From: Eledone cirrhosa
Taxonomy: Eukaryota
Assembly (NCBI GenBank): GCA_964016885.1
Contig: OZ024740.1
Coordinates: 321,098,001-321,162,000, forward strand
Length of the DNA stretch: 64,000 bases
Direction: 5' to 3'
The stretch's first letter is position 1. Every line of letters starts with the position of its first letter. Below, in pieces: positions 1 through 13,911 of this stretch. The position numbers and the translations under genes were made by a program. Below the pieces are notes generated by a model. That model worked only from the letters and a program-made list of their open reading frames with translations, was not told the origin of the DNA and did not search any database.

Positions 1-775
1 TGAGAATTCCTTTATAACAGAGAGAGAGAGGACAGCCGAGATATCCTTTATATAAGAGTGGACAGTTGAGAGTTCCTTTATAATAGGAGAGAGAGAGAAT
101 ACCTGAGAGTTCCTTTATATCAGAGAGAGAGGACAGCTGAGTTTTCCTTTATAACAGAGAGAGGACAGCTGAGAGTTCCTCTATAACACAGAGACAGACA
201 GTTGAGAGATCCTTTATATCAGAGAGAGAGGGCAGCTGAGAGTTCCTTTATAACAGAGAGAGGACAGTTGAGAGTTCCTCTATAACACAGAAACAGCCAG
301 TTGAGAGATCCTTTATAACATAGAGATGACAGCTGGAAGTTCCTTTATAACAGAAAGAGAGGACAGCTGAGAGTTCCTCTATAACAGAGAGGACAGTTGA
401 GAGTTCCTCTATAACAGAGAGAGAGGACAGCTGAGAGTTGCTCTATAACAGAGAGAGGACAGTTGAGAGTTCCTCTATAACACAGAGACAGACAGTTGAG
501 AGATCCTTTATATCAGAGAGAGAGAGGGCAGCTGAGAGTTCCTTTATAACAGAGAGAGGACAGCTGAGAGTTCCTTTATAACAGAGAGAGGACAGTTGAG
601 AGTTCCTCTATAACACAGAAACAGCCAGTTGAGAGATCCTTTAATGACAGCTGGAAGTTCCTTTATAACAGAGAGAGAGGACAGCTGAGAGTTGCTTTAT
701 AACAGAGAGAGAGGACAGCTGAGAGTTGCTCTATAACATAGAGAGAGGACAGCTGAGAGTTCCTCTATATCAGAG
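1..775. repeat. Minisatellite, ~30-34 bp unit ACAGCTGAGAGTTCCTTTATAACAGAGAGAGG
   Basis: More than 20 visible tandem variants with a variable (GA)n. Confidence 0.95.
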
Positions 776-977
776 GATAAACAAGACCAAGAAAGACATG
801 AAACAAAGTAGTGAAGACTGTGCTAAAGTGAAGAGATGGAAAATATACGAAATATATTGTGATAGAGTACACAGAACAATAATGAAATATTATAACTGGA
901 TGTCTGTGGTTAAAGTCATATTTTAACATCATTTCTAATAAGAAATTGAAATACTTGTTAATGGAAAGGAAACTTAC

Positions 978-1009
978 TTTTCGTTTGAAATAAGCTGTTT
1001 GCTGGATCT
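978..1009 (-). CDS. CDCA8: Borealin coding exon 12 (last in window)
   Basis: ttcattatcag|AGATCCAGC...GAAAA|gtaagtt; [10 protein letters not shown]; phase 0 to 2; gene continues beyond position 1. Confidence 0.7.
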
Positions 1010-4000
1010 CTGATAATGAAAAAATATATAATAATCAACCATAAAATATTTGAATCAAATAAATTATATTAAAGTGGTTGTATTTGTCATGCTGTGGAAA
1101 GGGGACAGCAAGAGTGTATGTTGTAGAGAGAGAGAGAGGTGCCAAATTGTTTTTTTTTTTAAACTTACACAGAAAATATCTATTCTCAAATAATAAAATA
1201 TTCCATTTTGGTAGTTTGTCTTCTTCGTCAATTACTACTGAGAGGGTCGTGGGGCAGAGCCCTCAAACAATCCTTCCAGCGGGTCCTGTCAGAAGCAACC
1301 TTCTCCACACAGAGACATCCAAAAATATACATGGTGTAAGGGCAATAAGGGACAGAGATCAATAATTGATTTTGTTATTGTCTCTGATCTTTGATTCTGT
1401 TCTGGATGTTCGTGTTAAGAGAAGGGCTGAGCTGTCAACTGATTACCATCTCGTTATCTGGTAGTTTGTGAAATTTATTTGATTTACTTTGTTCATTTAT
1501 GTATCTAATTTAGTACTGTACATATTATTTTCATGTGTGTGTGTATGTGTGTATATGTATGTTTTATATACGTAATCAAGTACTTTGTATATTATTTGAG
1601 TGTGTGTGTGTGTGTTTATTTACGAACTAAAGATACAGTAACACAAAGTCTTATTAATTTCAAGCTTGTTGAAAAAGGAAAAAATGTCCTTCATCAGGAA
1701 AGAGGAGGTTGGGAGGGAAAAAGTCTTAGGTACACTGTATCCCTGCATGTTGTAAGAAGCAACTAAAGGGGTTGGCATCAATAAGAACATCTAGCTATAA
1801 AATATCCCATCAATGTGCGCGAAAGGCGAAGCATAAACAAACTAAGAGGGAGACTAAGCATAAAAGGTATCAAATGTTATGTTCTAGAGAGGAGATTGTG
1901 TTGGTATGGACATGTGATGCATATGAAGGACGACAGCTGTATAAAAAGGTGCAGGGCAATGAAAATTGATGGAAGCTGCGGAGTGGGTGGACCAAGAAAA
2001 ACCTGGGATGAGGTGATAAAAACTGACCTTGCCCACCTATACCTCTAAGACAATGACACTGGATCGAGACCTTTGGTGCCATGCAGTTGTACAGAAGACC
2101 CAACTGCCATTGCATACAAAACTAGTCAGTAGGCACCTCTTAACTCAATGTACACCCCACCCCATCCTCCCTCTCCTGTTCCGTCTACTGTGTCGATGAC
2201 GCAACAGTCCAACTGTAAGGTGGCCGTGTAGGAGACACGGTGAAAAGGCTCCCAATCCACACTGTTAATGTGGTTGGTGTTAGGAAGGGCATCCAGCTGT
2301 AAAAAAAATCAGCCAGAGACGCTTCTGTGCGAGCGAGACATGGTCTTCTGGCCATTCCCGCATCAAATAGAACAAAACCGTCTAACCCATGTTAGCGTGG
2401 AAGATGGACGTTAAACGATGATGATGATGATGAAACCCATGTCAGCTTGGAAAAGAATGTAAAAACAATGGTGATATATATAATTTATAAATAAAACATT
2501 TAAAATACCATATTCATCTTTAATACTTGAAAGTTGTTTCTAATTAAATCATTGATTTGCCATGCTGTCAGCTAGTATTTATTAACATTATACAGAAAAA
2601 AACACACATGTTTAATATGTAGTGTTGTTAAAGATCACACCTGCTCAGGTTTAGCTGACTTCTTACAAGGTTACATCTCATAGGAGGATACTCAGGTGTT
2701 TTAATGATAGGGCATCCCAGTCCTCTTATTTTATTACAGCTCCTACCTGCTCAGGTTTAGCTGGTCTCTTACGAGGTTACATCTCATAGGAGGATACTTG
2801 GGTGTTTTAATGATAGGACCTCTACATTGAAAAATAACTGCAATGGTTTTGTATGAGACTTCTTTACACAAAGTTTTGGTAGTGCCAAATTTGAAAAAAT
2901 GATTCTACCAATGTTGGAAAATGGACACGAAAAGATGATAATTATGAATTACTTTATAAAGCCCCACCAGCCAACTTCTCTATTGCTGCATTAAAAATCA
3001 AACTTAAGTAGATTGTGTTGGGATTAGAATATGACTAAATTGCAATCTTTTCACAGAAGTTTGAATGTTCTTAGTAAATGGTTGTGATAACATAAATGAT
3101 AAGGACTGGGGCCTCCAATAATTAAAACACCCAAGTGACCTCCTGTGAGGTACAATCTCGAACAAGTCTAGCTGAACATAAGCTGGTAGGAGTTATAACA
3201 TCACCACCACCACAAAATAAGATGACTGTGGCCTCCAATCATTAAAACACCCAAGTGATCTCCTGTGAGTTACAATTTCAAATGAGTCTGGCTAAACGTG
3301 AACTGGTAGGAGTTGAAACAACGCCAATAACATACCTCACTACATATTAACTGCAAATAACTGAAACAGCCAGCAATACAAATAGTTTATAGTGAGAAAC
3401 AGAAAAAGAAAGCAAAATAGAAAACCAACAAGCCATTTACTTCCCAGCCACATCAATAAATATTCACATCTCGTTAAATTGTTAAGATAATGGCGAACCT
3501 TCAGAAAATAACAAAACAAAATTAGAATCATCATCATTGTCATTTTAACGTCCACTTTTCCTGCTAGCAAGGGTTGGACGGATCTATATAGACTAAGTCA
3601 GTACTGAAGCAGAGAGACTGATCTCACAGGCAAGCCAGGGACCTGTGCGTTTATGTATAGTCTCACGTTCCATTGAGTGCTCAGGAGAGGTTGTTATACC
3701 TTTGATACAACTGTGGGTCCCCCACCAACCCTTTGTTTGCCAAGATTTCTACGACTGGATGCCCTTCCTATCACCAACCACTTTACAGCGTGTGCTGGGT
3801 GTGTTTATCGTGTAAATCACCAACATTAGGGAGGTTGTCGTGCCTTTGACACGACAGGCGAGTCCTCCCGACCCTTTGTCTGGCAAGTTTTCTATGGCTG
3901 GATGCTCTTCCTATCACCAACCGCTTTACAGTGTGTACTGGGTGTGTTTATCGTGTAAATCACTCACACTAGGGAGGTTGTCAAGCCCTTGACATGACTG

Positions 4001-7000
4001 GGGTGTCCTCCCAACCCTTTGGATCCTCTCCATGAGAGTAATTCTATGTTAGTTACAAGTGTTTTCGCTACTTTGCTAAAGTAAACAATTAAACCTATCT
4101 TACCGTTTTAATTGAAGAAGTTCCTTGCTTTGTGGCTTTTGCTCTTCGGGGATGTGATTGTCTCCTTGAAAAAAATTACAAAATAATATTTAAACATCTG
4201 GTTCTATGATACAAAACTGTTAATATTTATCTAAAAACCTACGATCATAATTTTATGTAAGAAGCTTTATTATGTACCAAACAGCAACTTAATAATGAGA
4301 AAGTTAGTTATTTTACTAAATCCCTCCAAAATTTTGATTATGTTCAAAATTATTTGAAAATCACAGACAGTATCTTTTATTAGAAATGTGGTAATGAAAG
4401 GGTTAATCTTAATAAAACTGTCATTCCTTCCATTGAGTCTGAAATAGTTTCATCAAATCTCTTCATTGATTTCTATCATATTTTAATAAATGATGATGAC
4501 ATCATACAAGTTTTACAAATAATTTAGCAGAAAATATCTAAAGACATAAGTATGTATCTAAAGACAGTTCTGTTAATTCAAATGTTTACAATGTCTTTAT
4601 TAATCGAGAGATCCTTGTGTAAATTTGAAGTAAATTAAAATAAAGACTTCAATTCCTCATGTGATGCAGTCATAGTGGTGTTTTGTAATTCTCAAGAACT
4701 TTCTAGCATGGTTCCATGAAGTACAGAACATTAATAGTTAAAGAAATGAATACTTAACAGTACATTATTGCAATTTAGAACCATACCACACACATATTTT
4801 CACACTAGTGTGCTCATCTTGGTTGTTATAGTCACAACATTTCAGGCATTGTTCCCTCCAACCTTCTCCAGCTACATATCTCTGGTAAGGTTTTTGGAAT
4901 TTTAAAACAAATCTTTTATTTAAACCACAGTGGTAGATTCTTCTTATTCTGTTGTCCACACCTAGGATATCCTTATACTTGTTACTTATGATGTCACTTG
5001 TTTGATTTACTTAAACTAGAGTACCATCATCATCATCACCACCACCGTTTAATGTCAATTTTGCCACACTAGCATGGGTTAGATGAGTTGTCCTTTTGTG
5101 AGGTAGGCCAGGTCAGATGATCATGGCTTGCCCATACAGAACTGATTTTGGCTTGGTTTCTATGGCTGGATGCCCTTCCTAATGTCAACTAGATTTACAG
5201 TGTAGACTGGGTGCCTTTTGTTGTGGCAGGGTGATTTTTGTCATGACACCTACACAACCACTTTACAGTGTAGACTGAGTACTTTTTGTCGTGATACCTA
5301 TACAACCACTTTACAGTGTGGGCTGGGTGCTTTTTGACATGACACCTACCTGACCACTTTACAGTGAGGACTGGATGTATGTGTATATATATATACAGAC
5401 TAACTCAGGGATTGAACACATGACCAGCAGGTAGACTAGTGCACTTAACATGTAACCATAAGTTATACTGACAAGTACCTGAAGAAAGCAGGATGGTACA
5501 ACAACTGAAACATTGTGATTATGACAACAAAGGTGAAGATAGTCATCCAAATAAACCAGTTTATAATAACAACACTTTAGTTCTACTCAAAAGCCATGTT
5601 AATAATCAAAGTTAAAATATAGAAAGCTAGGTTAAATGTAGAGTTTATAACAGACAAAATATAGAAAACTAGATTAAATGTAGAGTTTATTACAGACAAC
5701 ATATAGAAAACTAGGTTAAATGTACAGTATATAAGAGACAAAATATAGAAAACTAGGTTAAATGTAGAGTTTATAAGAGACAATAAAAACTAGGTTAAAT
5801 GTAGAGTTTATTACAGACAAAATATATAAAGTTAGGTTTAAATGCAGAGTTTATAAGAGACAATAGAAAGCTAGGTTAAATGTAGAATTTATAAGAGACA
5901 AAGTATAGAAAGGTAGGTTAAATGTAGAGTATATAAGAGACAAAATATAGAAAGCTAGGTTAAATGTAGAGTTTATTACAACAAAATATAGAAAGCTAGA
6001 TTAAATGTAGAGGTCATAAGAGACAATAGAAAGCTAGGTTAAATGCAGAGTTTATAAGAGACAAAATACAAATGTTACTTACAATGTTCTTTCAACACTC
6101 ATATCAATATCATCTAAAGATTGAAGGAGAAATATAAATTCAAATTAGTTCAATCAGTTTGTAAGTGTTTAATGGCAGACATGTAAGGTTTGGCCGACAT
6201 TAGAGTTGAGTTAGAAATATGACAACATGGTATATATAGATTAGCTACCTATACCACACCATGTTTAAGGCTGGATTTACGAGAGGGTGGTGTAGGTGAA
6301 TGACCTGGGCTCCCCACATTAAACAGAGACACCCCCATCCCAACTCACCGAACAGGGCCCCTTCTCTCTCTCTCACTTCCTGCCTATCATCATCATCATC
6401 GTTCTTTTAACGTCCGCTTTCCCTGCTAGCAAGAGTTGGACTCTTATGTGTGTATGTGTGTATGTATATATCCATATATATATATTAAAATTAAATTGTT
6501 TAGAACTACAAGTGAAGTCATTCTTTTCCTTTTTTCATCATCATCACCGTTTTACGCCCGTTCTTCCACGCTAGCATGGGTTAGACGGGTTGTCCTGTTG
6601 TGGGCAGTGTCTGGTCGGCTGACCTTGTCTTGCTCATACAGGAACTAATTCAGGCTTGATTTCTACAGCAGGATGCCCTTCCTAACACCAATCTCATTTA
6701 CAGTGAGTGCTGGGGTCTTTTATTTCCATAGCACCTACACGACCACTTTACAGTGTGGGCTGGGTGCTTTTTTTCTGTGGCACCTCTACGACCACTTTGC
6801 AGTGGAATGATAGGGACCCCAGTCCTATCATCTCATTTCTACAGCTGAGTAAACTGGAGCAATGTGAAATAAAGTGTCTTGCTCAAGGAAACAACACATC
6901 ACCCGGTCCGAGAATTTAACTCACAACCTTTCGATTGCAAGCCCAATGCTCTAACCACTAAGCCATGTGCCTTTCAAATATATATATATATATATATATA

Positions 7001-10000
7001 TGATGTGTTGTTTCCTTGAGCAAGACACTTTATTTCACATTGCTCCAGTTTTCTCAGCTGTAGAAATGATATGATAGGGAATCGTATCCCTATCATTCCA
7101 CTGCAAAGTGGTTGTGGAGTTGCCACGGCAAAAAAACACCCAGCCCACACTGTAAAGTGGACGTGTAAGCGCCACGGAAAAAAGCACCCAGCACTCACTG
7201 TAAATGAGGTTGGTGTGAGGAAGAGCATCCAGCTGTAGAAATCAAGCCAGTATCAGTTCCCGTCCCACCCTTGGAAGCAGGGGAAAGCAGACGTATGATG
7301 ATGGTGATGATGATATATATATGAATGTGTGTGTGTGTTATATTAGAGGCCCACCAAGGTTGAAAACTGGTCTTGACTATGTTTTACAAGAATTAACTAC
7401 TAACATGTTACCATGTATTACATGGATTAACTACCAACATGTTACCATACATTACATGGGTTAACTACCAGCATTAGTAAGGGAGAAGGGTGCTCTGAAG
7501 CCATAGTATCTAGAAAAGAATGGGTTGAAAGAAGTTTAAGGAGCTGCTTCCTCTGTTGATTAAGAAGGATTTCTCCCTACGAACAAAAGGCCGGTTATAT
7601 GATGCCTGTGCGAGATGCGTGATGCTGCATGGTAGTGAGAGGTGGGTAGCAACTGTGGAGAGAAATGAAGCAAGCATGCTCCAATGGATGTGCAAAGTGA
7701 ATATGCATGAACGACCAAGCATAGACGAGTTAAGAGAGAAACTGTGTATAAAAGGGATAAACTGTAGTGTGTGGGAGAGAAGACTGCATTGGTATGGACA
7801 TGTGATGTGCATGGAGGATGACCACTGGGTAAAGAAGTGCCAAGAAATCCAAATGGAAGGAAGACACAGTAGAGGAAGACCACGAAAACCATGGGTAGAG
7901 GTGGTAAGAGCTGACCTCAGATCGATGAAGCTCACAGAGGAGATGACGAAGAACAGTGACGAATGGAGAGATGCTGTGCTGAAAAGGACCCGTCCCACCC
8001 TTGCAAGCAAGGAAAAGCAGACATAAAACGATCATGATTACACCAGGTATTACACGGATTAACTATCAACATTACACCATGTATTATATACATTAGCTAC
8101 CAACATTACACCATGTATTACATGGATTAACTACCAACATTACACCATGTATTACATGGATTAACTACCAACATTACACCATGTATTACATGGATTAACT
8201 ACCAACATTACACCATGTATTACATGGATTAACTACCAACATTACACCATGTATTACATGAATTAACTACCAACATTACACCGCGTAGTACACACACACA
8301 CACACATTCATATATATATCTGTATATATATAAAATTAAGTATGTGTGTGTGTGTCTGTGTATATTACCTATAGGGGCCTACATCTTACGACCGATTTTC
8401 ATGAAACTTTACAGGCTCATAGATAAGTCATCGGGGAGTGTTTTCTATATATCAGCGTATCGTTTTTTATTCCAGGGTCATTTTGCAGATAAAAATCGAT
8501 AGGGGGGTCACCTTTTTTAGGTATCGAAAAATAAGATTTTTGGCTCTAGCTCCTACATTTTGCCACCGATTTCGTTCAAATTTTAAAGCAAAATAGAATT
8601 TATCATTGCACATCCTGTAATGGCTTTATATTTTGCATTTGTTGTTCAGGGACGGCGTGGCAGCCGCTTAAATATTCAAAAATACCACTTTTAGACTCAA
8701 ATTCCCACTTTTTCGGCTCTAGCTCCCACATTAATCAACCTATTTCGTTCAAATTTTACACTACGCTAGATCTGATTATTTCACGTTCAAATTTTAAATA
8801 AGATTTTTGGCTCTAGCTCCCACATTTTGCCACCGATTTCGTTCAAATTTTAAAGCAAAATAGAATTTATCATTGCACATCCTGTAATGGCTTTATATTT
8901 TGGACTTTTTGTTCAGGAACGGTGTGGCAGCCACTTAAATATTCGAAAATACCACCTTTTCAGCTCTAGTTCCCACATTTTTCAACTGATTTCGTTCAAA
9001 TTCGAAACAATTCCATACAATTATCCAGTTGATGGTCAAAGGCAAAACAATGGCCACTGACGTCGTCTGAGCTTTTAGTTGTGTATTTGAGAATTCATCG
9101 GTTTCCAATCAAGTAACGTGAGGAAATTTGGCTTAGTGTTAGAGGTCATTACCTCCCCAGCATGCCCCTTCGTCAGTCACCCGCGTTTCTCAGTGATAGA
9201 GGTTATCACCACCCTCCCGCGCATGGCCTGTGTGTGGCCATAGATGAGTCATCGAATTCAGTCACCTCTTTCTGTTCAAACTGGCCATAACTGGCCCCTC
9301 ATACCAATGTTAAGGTATTGTTCTCAAAATAAATAATTTCAAAATCTCATAGATTCAATATTATGTGAGGTAATGCCTTTACCATAAAAATATAATAGTA
9401 ATGTAAATGTTAAAGGGTTAATACATATTCATTTGATCTGTCTAGTCTCAGAATGCTACAACCTGTCTAACCCATGCAAGCATGAAAAATAAACAAAACA
9501 GTGATGAGTGATAATAATATAAATTACAAAAATTTATGTTAATATAAATAATTGTTTCTACTTTTGGCACAAGGCCAGCAAATACCCAGTACAATACTGG
9601 TACTTTATTGTATTGACCCCGTAAGGATGAAAGGCAAAGTTAACCTCGGCGGGATTTGAACTCAGACCGTAAAGGGACGTAACTATGCTGGAAAGCATGG
9701 CGTCCGACTCTCTACTGATACTGCAATGATGTCTGATTTAGGCACACGGCCAGTAATTTTGGAGGAGGGGAAAGTCGATTAAATCAACTCCAGTGTGTGA
9801 CTGGTACTTTATTTTATCAACCCTGTAAGGATGAAAAGCAAAGTTAACCTCAGAATGTTAAGGGCTGTAACTCTATGCTACAAAGCATGGTGTCTGACAC
9901 TCTACTGAAACTGCCAATCCACTGCCCTGGAGTTAATATAGATAATAATATCAATCATCATCATCATCAATAAATATCATATAATATAATTTCTAACTTA

Positions 10001-13000
10001 CCAGTCATCACTTGATTTTCTAAAAGTGGCTGAAATATATAAAACAAAACTGACATTTTATAATATAAATATGAGTGTGGTTGAGTGAAGTGTGAGGTAA
10101 CATGAGTATGAGTGATATGTAAGGTAATTGCAGAACCAAAAATATTATGTGAATTTACAGACAGTGTCTCTACATACAATACACAAGACAACCATTTTTT
10201 CATAAATCAGTTGACCCTCATGAACTAAAAATACATGGAAAGAAAAGACTCACCTTTTTAAAAGGAACAAAGTTATTTTCACGCAATGCTGAAGGTTTTG
10301 TTTTTTTCCTAAAATTAAAAGAAAACCCCAAAACATTAACTTCAGCATTTAGATTATTCTATATATACTATTGTATATTATTCTATATATACTATTGTAT
10401 ATTATTCTATATTTACTATTGTATATTCATGGTAAAGGCTTTATCTCACATAATCTAGAGTCTACGAGATTTTGATGATGTTATTGTTTATTTTAAAAAA
10501 TATATCTTAATGCCGGTGTGCGCTGCTGGTTACAACCGGTTCCAAAAAAAAGGTAAAAAATTCTGGCCGAATACAACCAGTTTAAATGCTAAACGGTTAA
10601 GATACATCCACACTCTTCATTTATTAATCTGTTTTACCTCTTATTTATCATCATCATCATCATTTTATGTCCGCTTGCATGGGTTGAGTGGGTTTTGTCT
10701 AACACAGACTCCCTCAATATCTTCTCTGTGAGGTTCAGTGTTTGGGAATCAGCTCTCACCATTTCAACCCATCTTTTTCTCTACTGCAGCTTCTTTCAAT
10801 TAAAGGGTTGGGAGGACCCTCACTTGTGTCAAAGACATGACAACTTCCCCTGTGCACTTGGTAGAACGTGAGACCATACATAAGCAAGACTATAGATACC
10901 TGGCTTGTTTGGGAGTTCAGTAGCCACCACTTTAGTATTCACTTGGTCTATATAGACCCATCCAACTCTCTCTAGCAGAGAAAACAGACCTTAAAATGAT
11001 GATATATATATATATTTCTACCACCACAATCAGGACTAGAAGATGAACAGAAGGACGCTTTTAAGATAGTAAATGACAATGACCTCCATACTGTGACTGT
11101 AACATTTAAACTGGCCATATCCGGCCAGAATTCTCTCACTATTTTCAGTTCAAACCAGCTCTAACTGGCTGCTCATACTGATATTAAGGTATTGTTCTCA
11201 AAATATATATCAAAATCTCACAGCTTCGATATTATGTGAGGTTATAGCCTTTAATGTGAAAGTATAATAGTATATATAGAGTAATGTAAATGCTAAAGGG
11301 TTAATGGACATGTTGAGTAATACGATGAGGGCTTCTTTGACATACAAGGATGGATCAAGGTACTTGGAGTTCTGTGATACAAAAAATGATCTAACCATTT
11401 GCATGGCCTGGTGGTTAGGGTGTAGAACTCAGTAATCAGGCTGTGGGTTCAATTCCCGGACTGGGTGGTGCATTGTGTTTTTTTGAGTAAAACACTTTAT
11501 TTCATGTTGCTTTTCATGATAGGACTGAAGTCCTTATTAAAACAACCAAGAAACCTCCTATGAGATGCAACCATATAGGAGGCAAGCTAGACCTAAATAG
11601 GTAAGAGCTGTATATTTCATTTGTCATTTCAATACAAACTTCTGGAATCTAACCAGCCAACAATTAGGTGAACACAGAAACTAGATTGACTTTACATTCA
11701 CTAGAGAATAGGATTGATAATGGGTTACAAATGATAGTGGTGGATTAGTACTGTAGACAGTGTCATAAACTAAGAGAAAGACTTGACAGACTGGAAGAAA
11801 AGAACAATATCAATTAGCTATAAAAGTTGAAGATTTGTACGTGTTCTACGACAATGATGACAGGAAGTGTTATGGATTACAAGGCAATGTACTAGAGAGA
11901 AGTGTATACAGAATGTTAATAGCGCAATTGCTTTTGTTGATTTGGAAAATAGAGAGACATAGAAGTGCTATGATAAGAAGCTGTTGAATGTGGACAATGA
12001 AGTGAAGACTGAATATGACAATGGACAGGAGAGGTGACCACAATAAGGAGTAAGTTGGTGTGCTGAAGAAGAATTGTACAACCCACAAATACATAAAAAG
12101 ATGATGATGATGATGAGGAGGATTTAAGCACAATGTGATGCTATGAGACAGATGTAGAAAATAAATATCTCTCAAAATTAATGAAGAAAGTTGATGGAAA
12201 GAGGCAACAATGTGTATGATGTATTCCCCACCACTGTGTTACACCAGCTTTACCATGCTTTTCCAGCAGAGCACCCTTCTATTTCATTATCATCTCTGTA
12301 AGCTTCATCAGTTTGAGATCAGCTCTCACAGCCTCTGCTCAGGTCTGCCTTCATCTCCCTCTACTGCAGCTTACAGGGATTTCTCGAAACTTCTTCAACC
12401 CAACAGTCACCATCCATACACATCACATGTCCATACCAGTGCAGTCTTCCCTCCTGTACACTACATCTCATTCGTCTTATACTCAATTTTTTTCTCAGCT
12501 CATCCATGCTTTGTCATTCATACACATGAACACTGTACATCCACTTGAAAAATTAGTATATTTTAGTAGTTTGTAATAAATGGTACTTACAATGTACTCT
12601 GTGTTTCATGCATGTCCAACATTTGAAGAGATGTTGCTAGATTAAATAAATGAAATTGAAATTGTTCAGAAATTCTTAGATTAAACTGAATTAAAAACTG
12701 TTATAAAAAGTAGTGTGAAACCAAACACATGTAACATTTGCTTCATCTTTAAGTTACATGGAACATGTTAAAATGTATTGGTACCATGAAATATACCTTC
12801 CCCATCATCATTTTACGTCCACTTTTCCCTGCTTGCAAGGGTCGAATGGGTCCTATTCAGCACAGCATCTCTCCACTTGGTCGTTCACGCACGCACATTG
12901 ACATTGCATATCCAACGGAGCAGGCTTGCTTCATTTCTCTCCAACCATTGCATATCCTCTGTAGTTGCTGCCCACCTCTCACTACCATGAAGCATCGCAC

Positions 13001-13393
13001 ATCTCACACAGGCATCATATAACCGGCCACCGGCCTTTCGTACGCAGGGAGAAAACCTTCTTTGTCAACAGAGGTAGCAGCTCCCTAAACTTCTTCCATC
13101 CCGTCCTTATTCTAGATACTATGGCCTCAGAACCCCCCCCCCTCCCATGCTAATCTGATCACCTAGGTACAAGAAGCTATCAACCACTTCTATAGAACCC
13201 ACCTGCATTTGAAAAATGTGTCTATCACTGCGATTACTACTGTCAAATTTCCCCGTACATCTACTGTATACGTAGTTTTCCCTACCGGTTAGTTTGCCTG
13301 CTATCCCACTACATCTCTTGTGTACCCAAGATCTGCATTGTGTACATTTTATAGATACATTCACACACACACATATATATATATTCAATCCTG

Positions 13394-13447
<54 letters not shown>

Positions 13448-13778
13448 CAGGATTGAACCAGTTTTAAACAAGTTAGATGATTATTCAACAAAGCACCTGA
13501 TACATGGGATAGTAGTGTGTGACTATGTTAGAAAGAGTCAGGGCCCGGTGGCTGAGCTCTTGCCATTTCAACAGCTAGTTCCAGACTCCTGTCTGGAACT
13601 CTTTCTAACATATATATATATATATATATATATGAGAGTCGGCTGAATAATTCATAGGCTGACTATGAAGGATTGACGTTAGAGCTGTGAAATCTTGCAT
13701 GTATTTATTTCAACTCTTATCATTAATAATTACATTCTTTTCAGGCAGTATCTTGGTCAGTCTTTTCAGTCGACCCTC

Positions 13779-13846
<68 letters not shown>

Positions 13847-13871
13847 ACAGGAAGAGACAATTATGAGGAAG

Positions 13872-13911
<40 letters not shown>

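Noticed and set aside
1-775. Regularly spaced ~30-bp repeats resembling a CRISPR array (also 5610-6068, 8040-8290)
   Set aside because: No unique spacers, no cas genes, eukaryotic intron context; these are minisatellites.
3482-3498. Acceptor-like site followed by (G)GT TCG CCA TTA TCT TAA = GSPLS*, resembling Borealin NGSPL
   Set aside because: Phase is incompatible with the preceding exon (phase 0) and the conserved sequence preceding NGSPL is absent; probably chance.
7510-8035. Antisense ORFs of 100-166 aa over RTE fragments (also 45097-45867, 60877-61356, 18817-19290)
   Set aside because: Shadow frames of transposon coding sequence with no independent gene signals.
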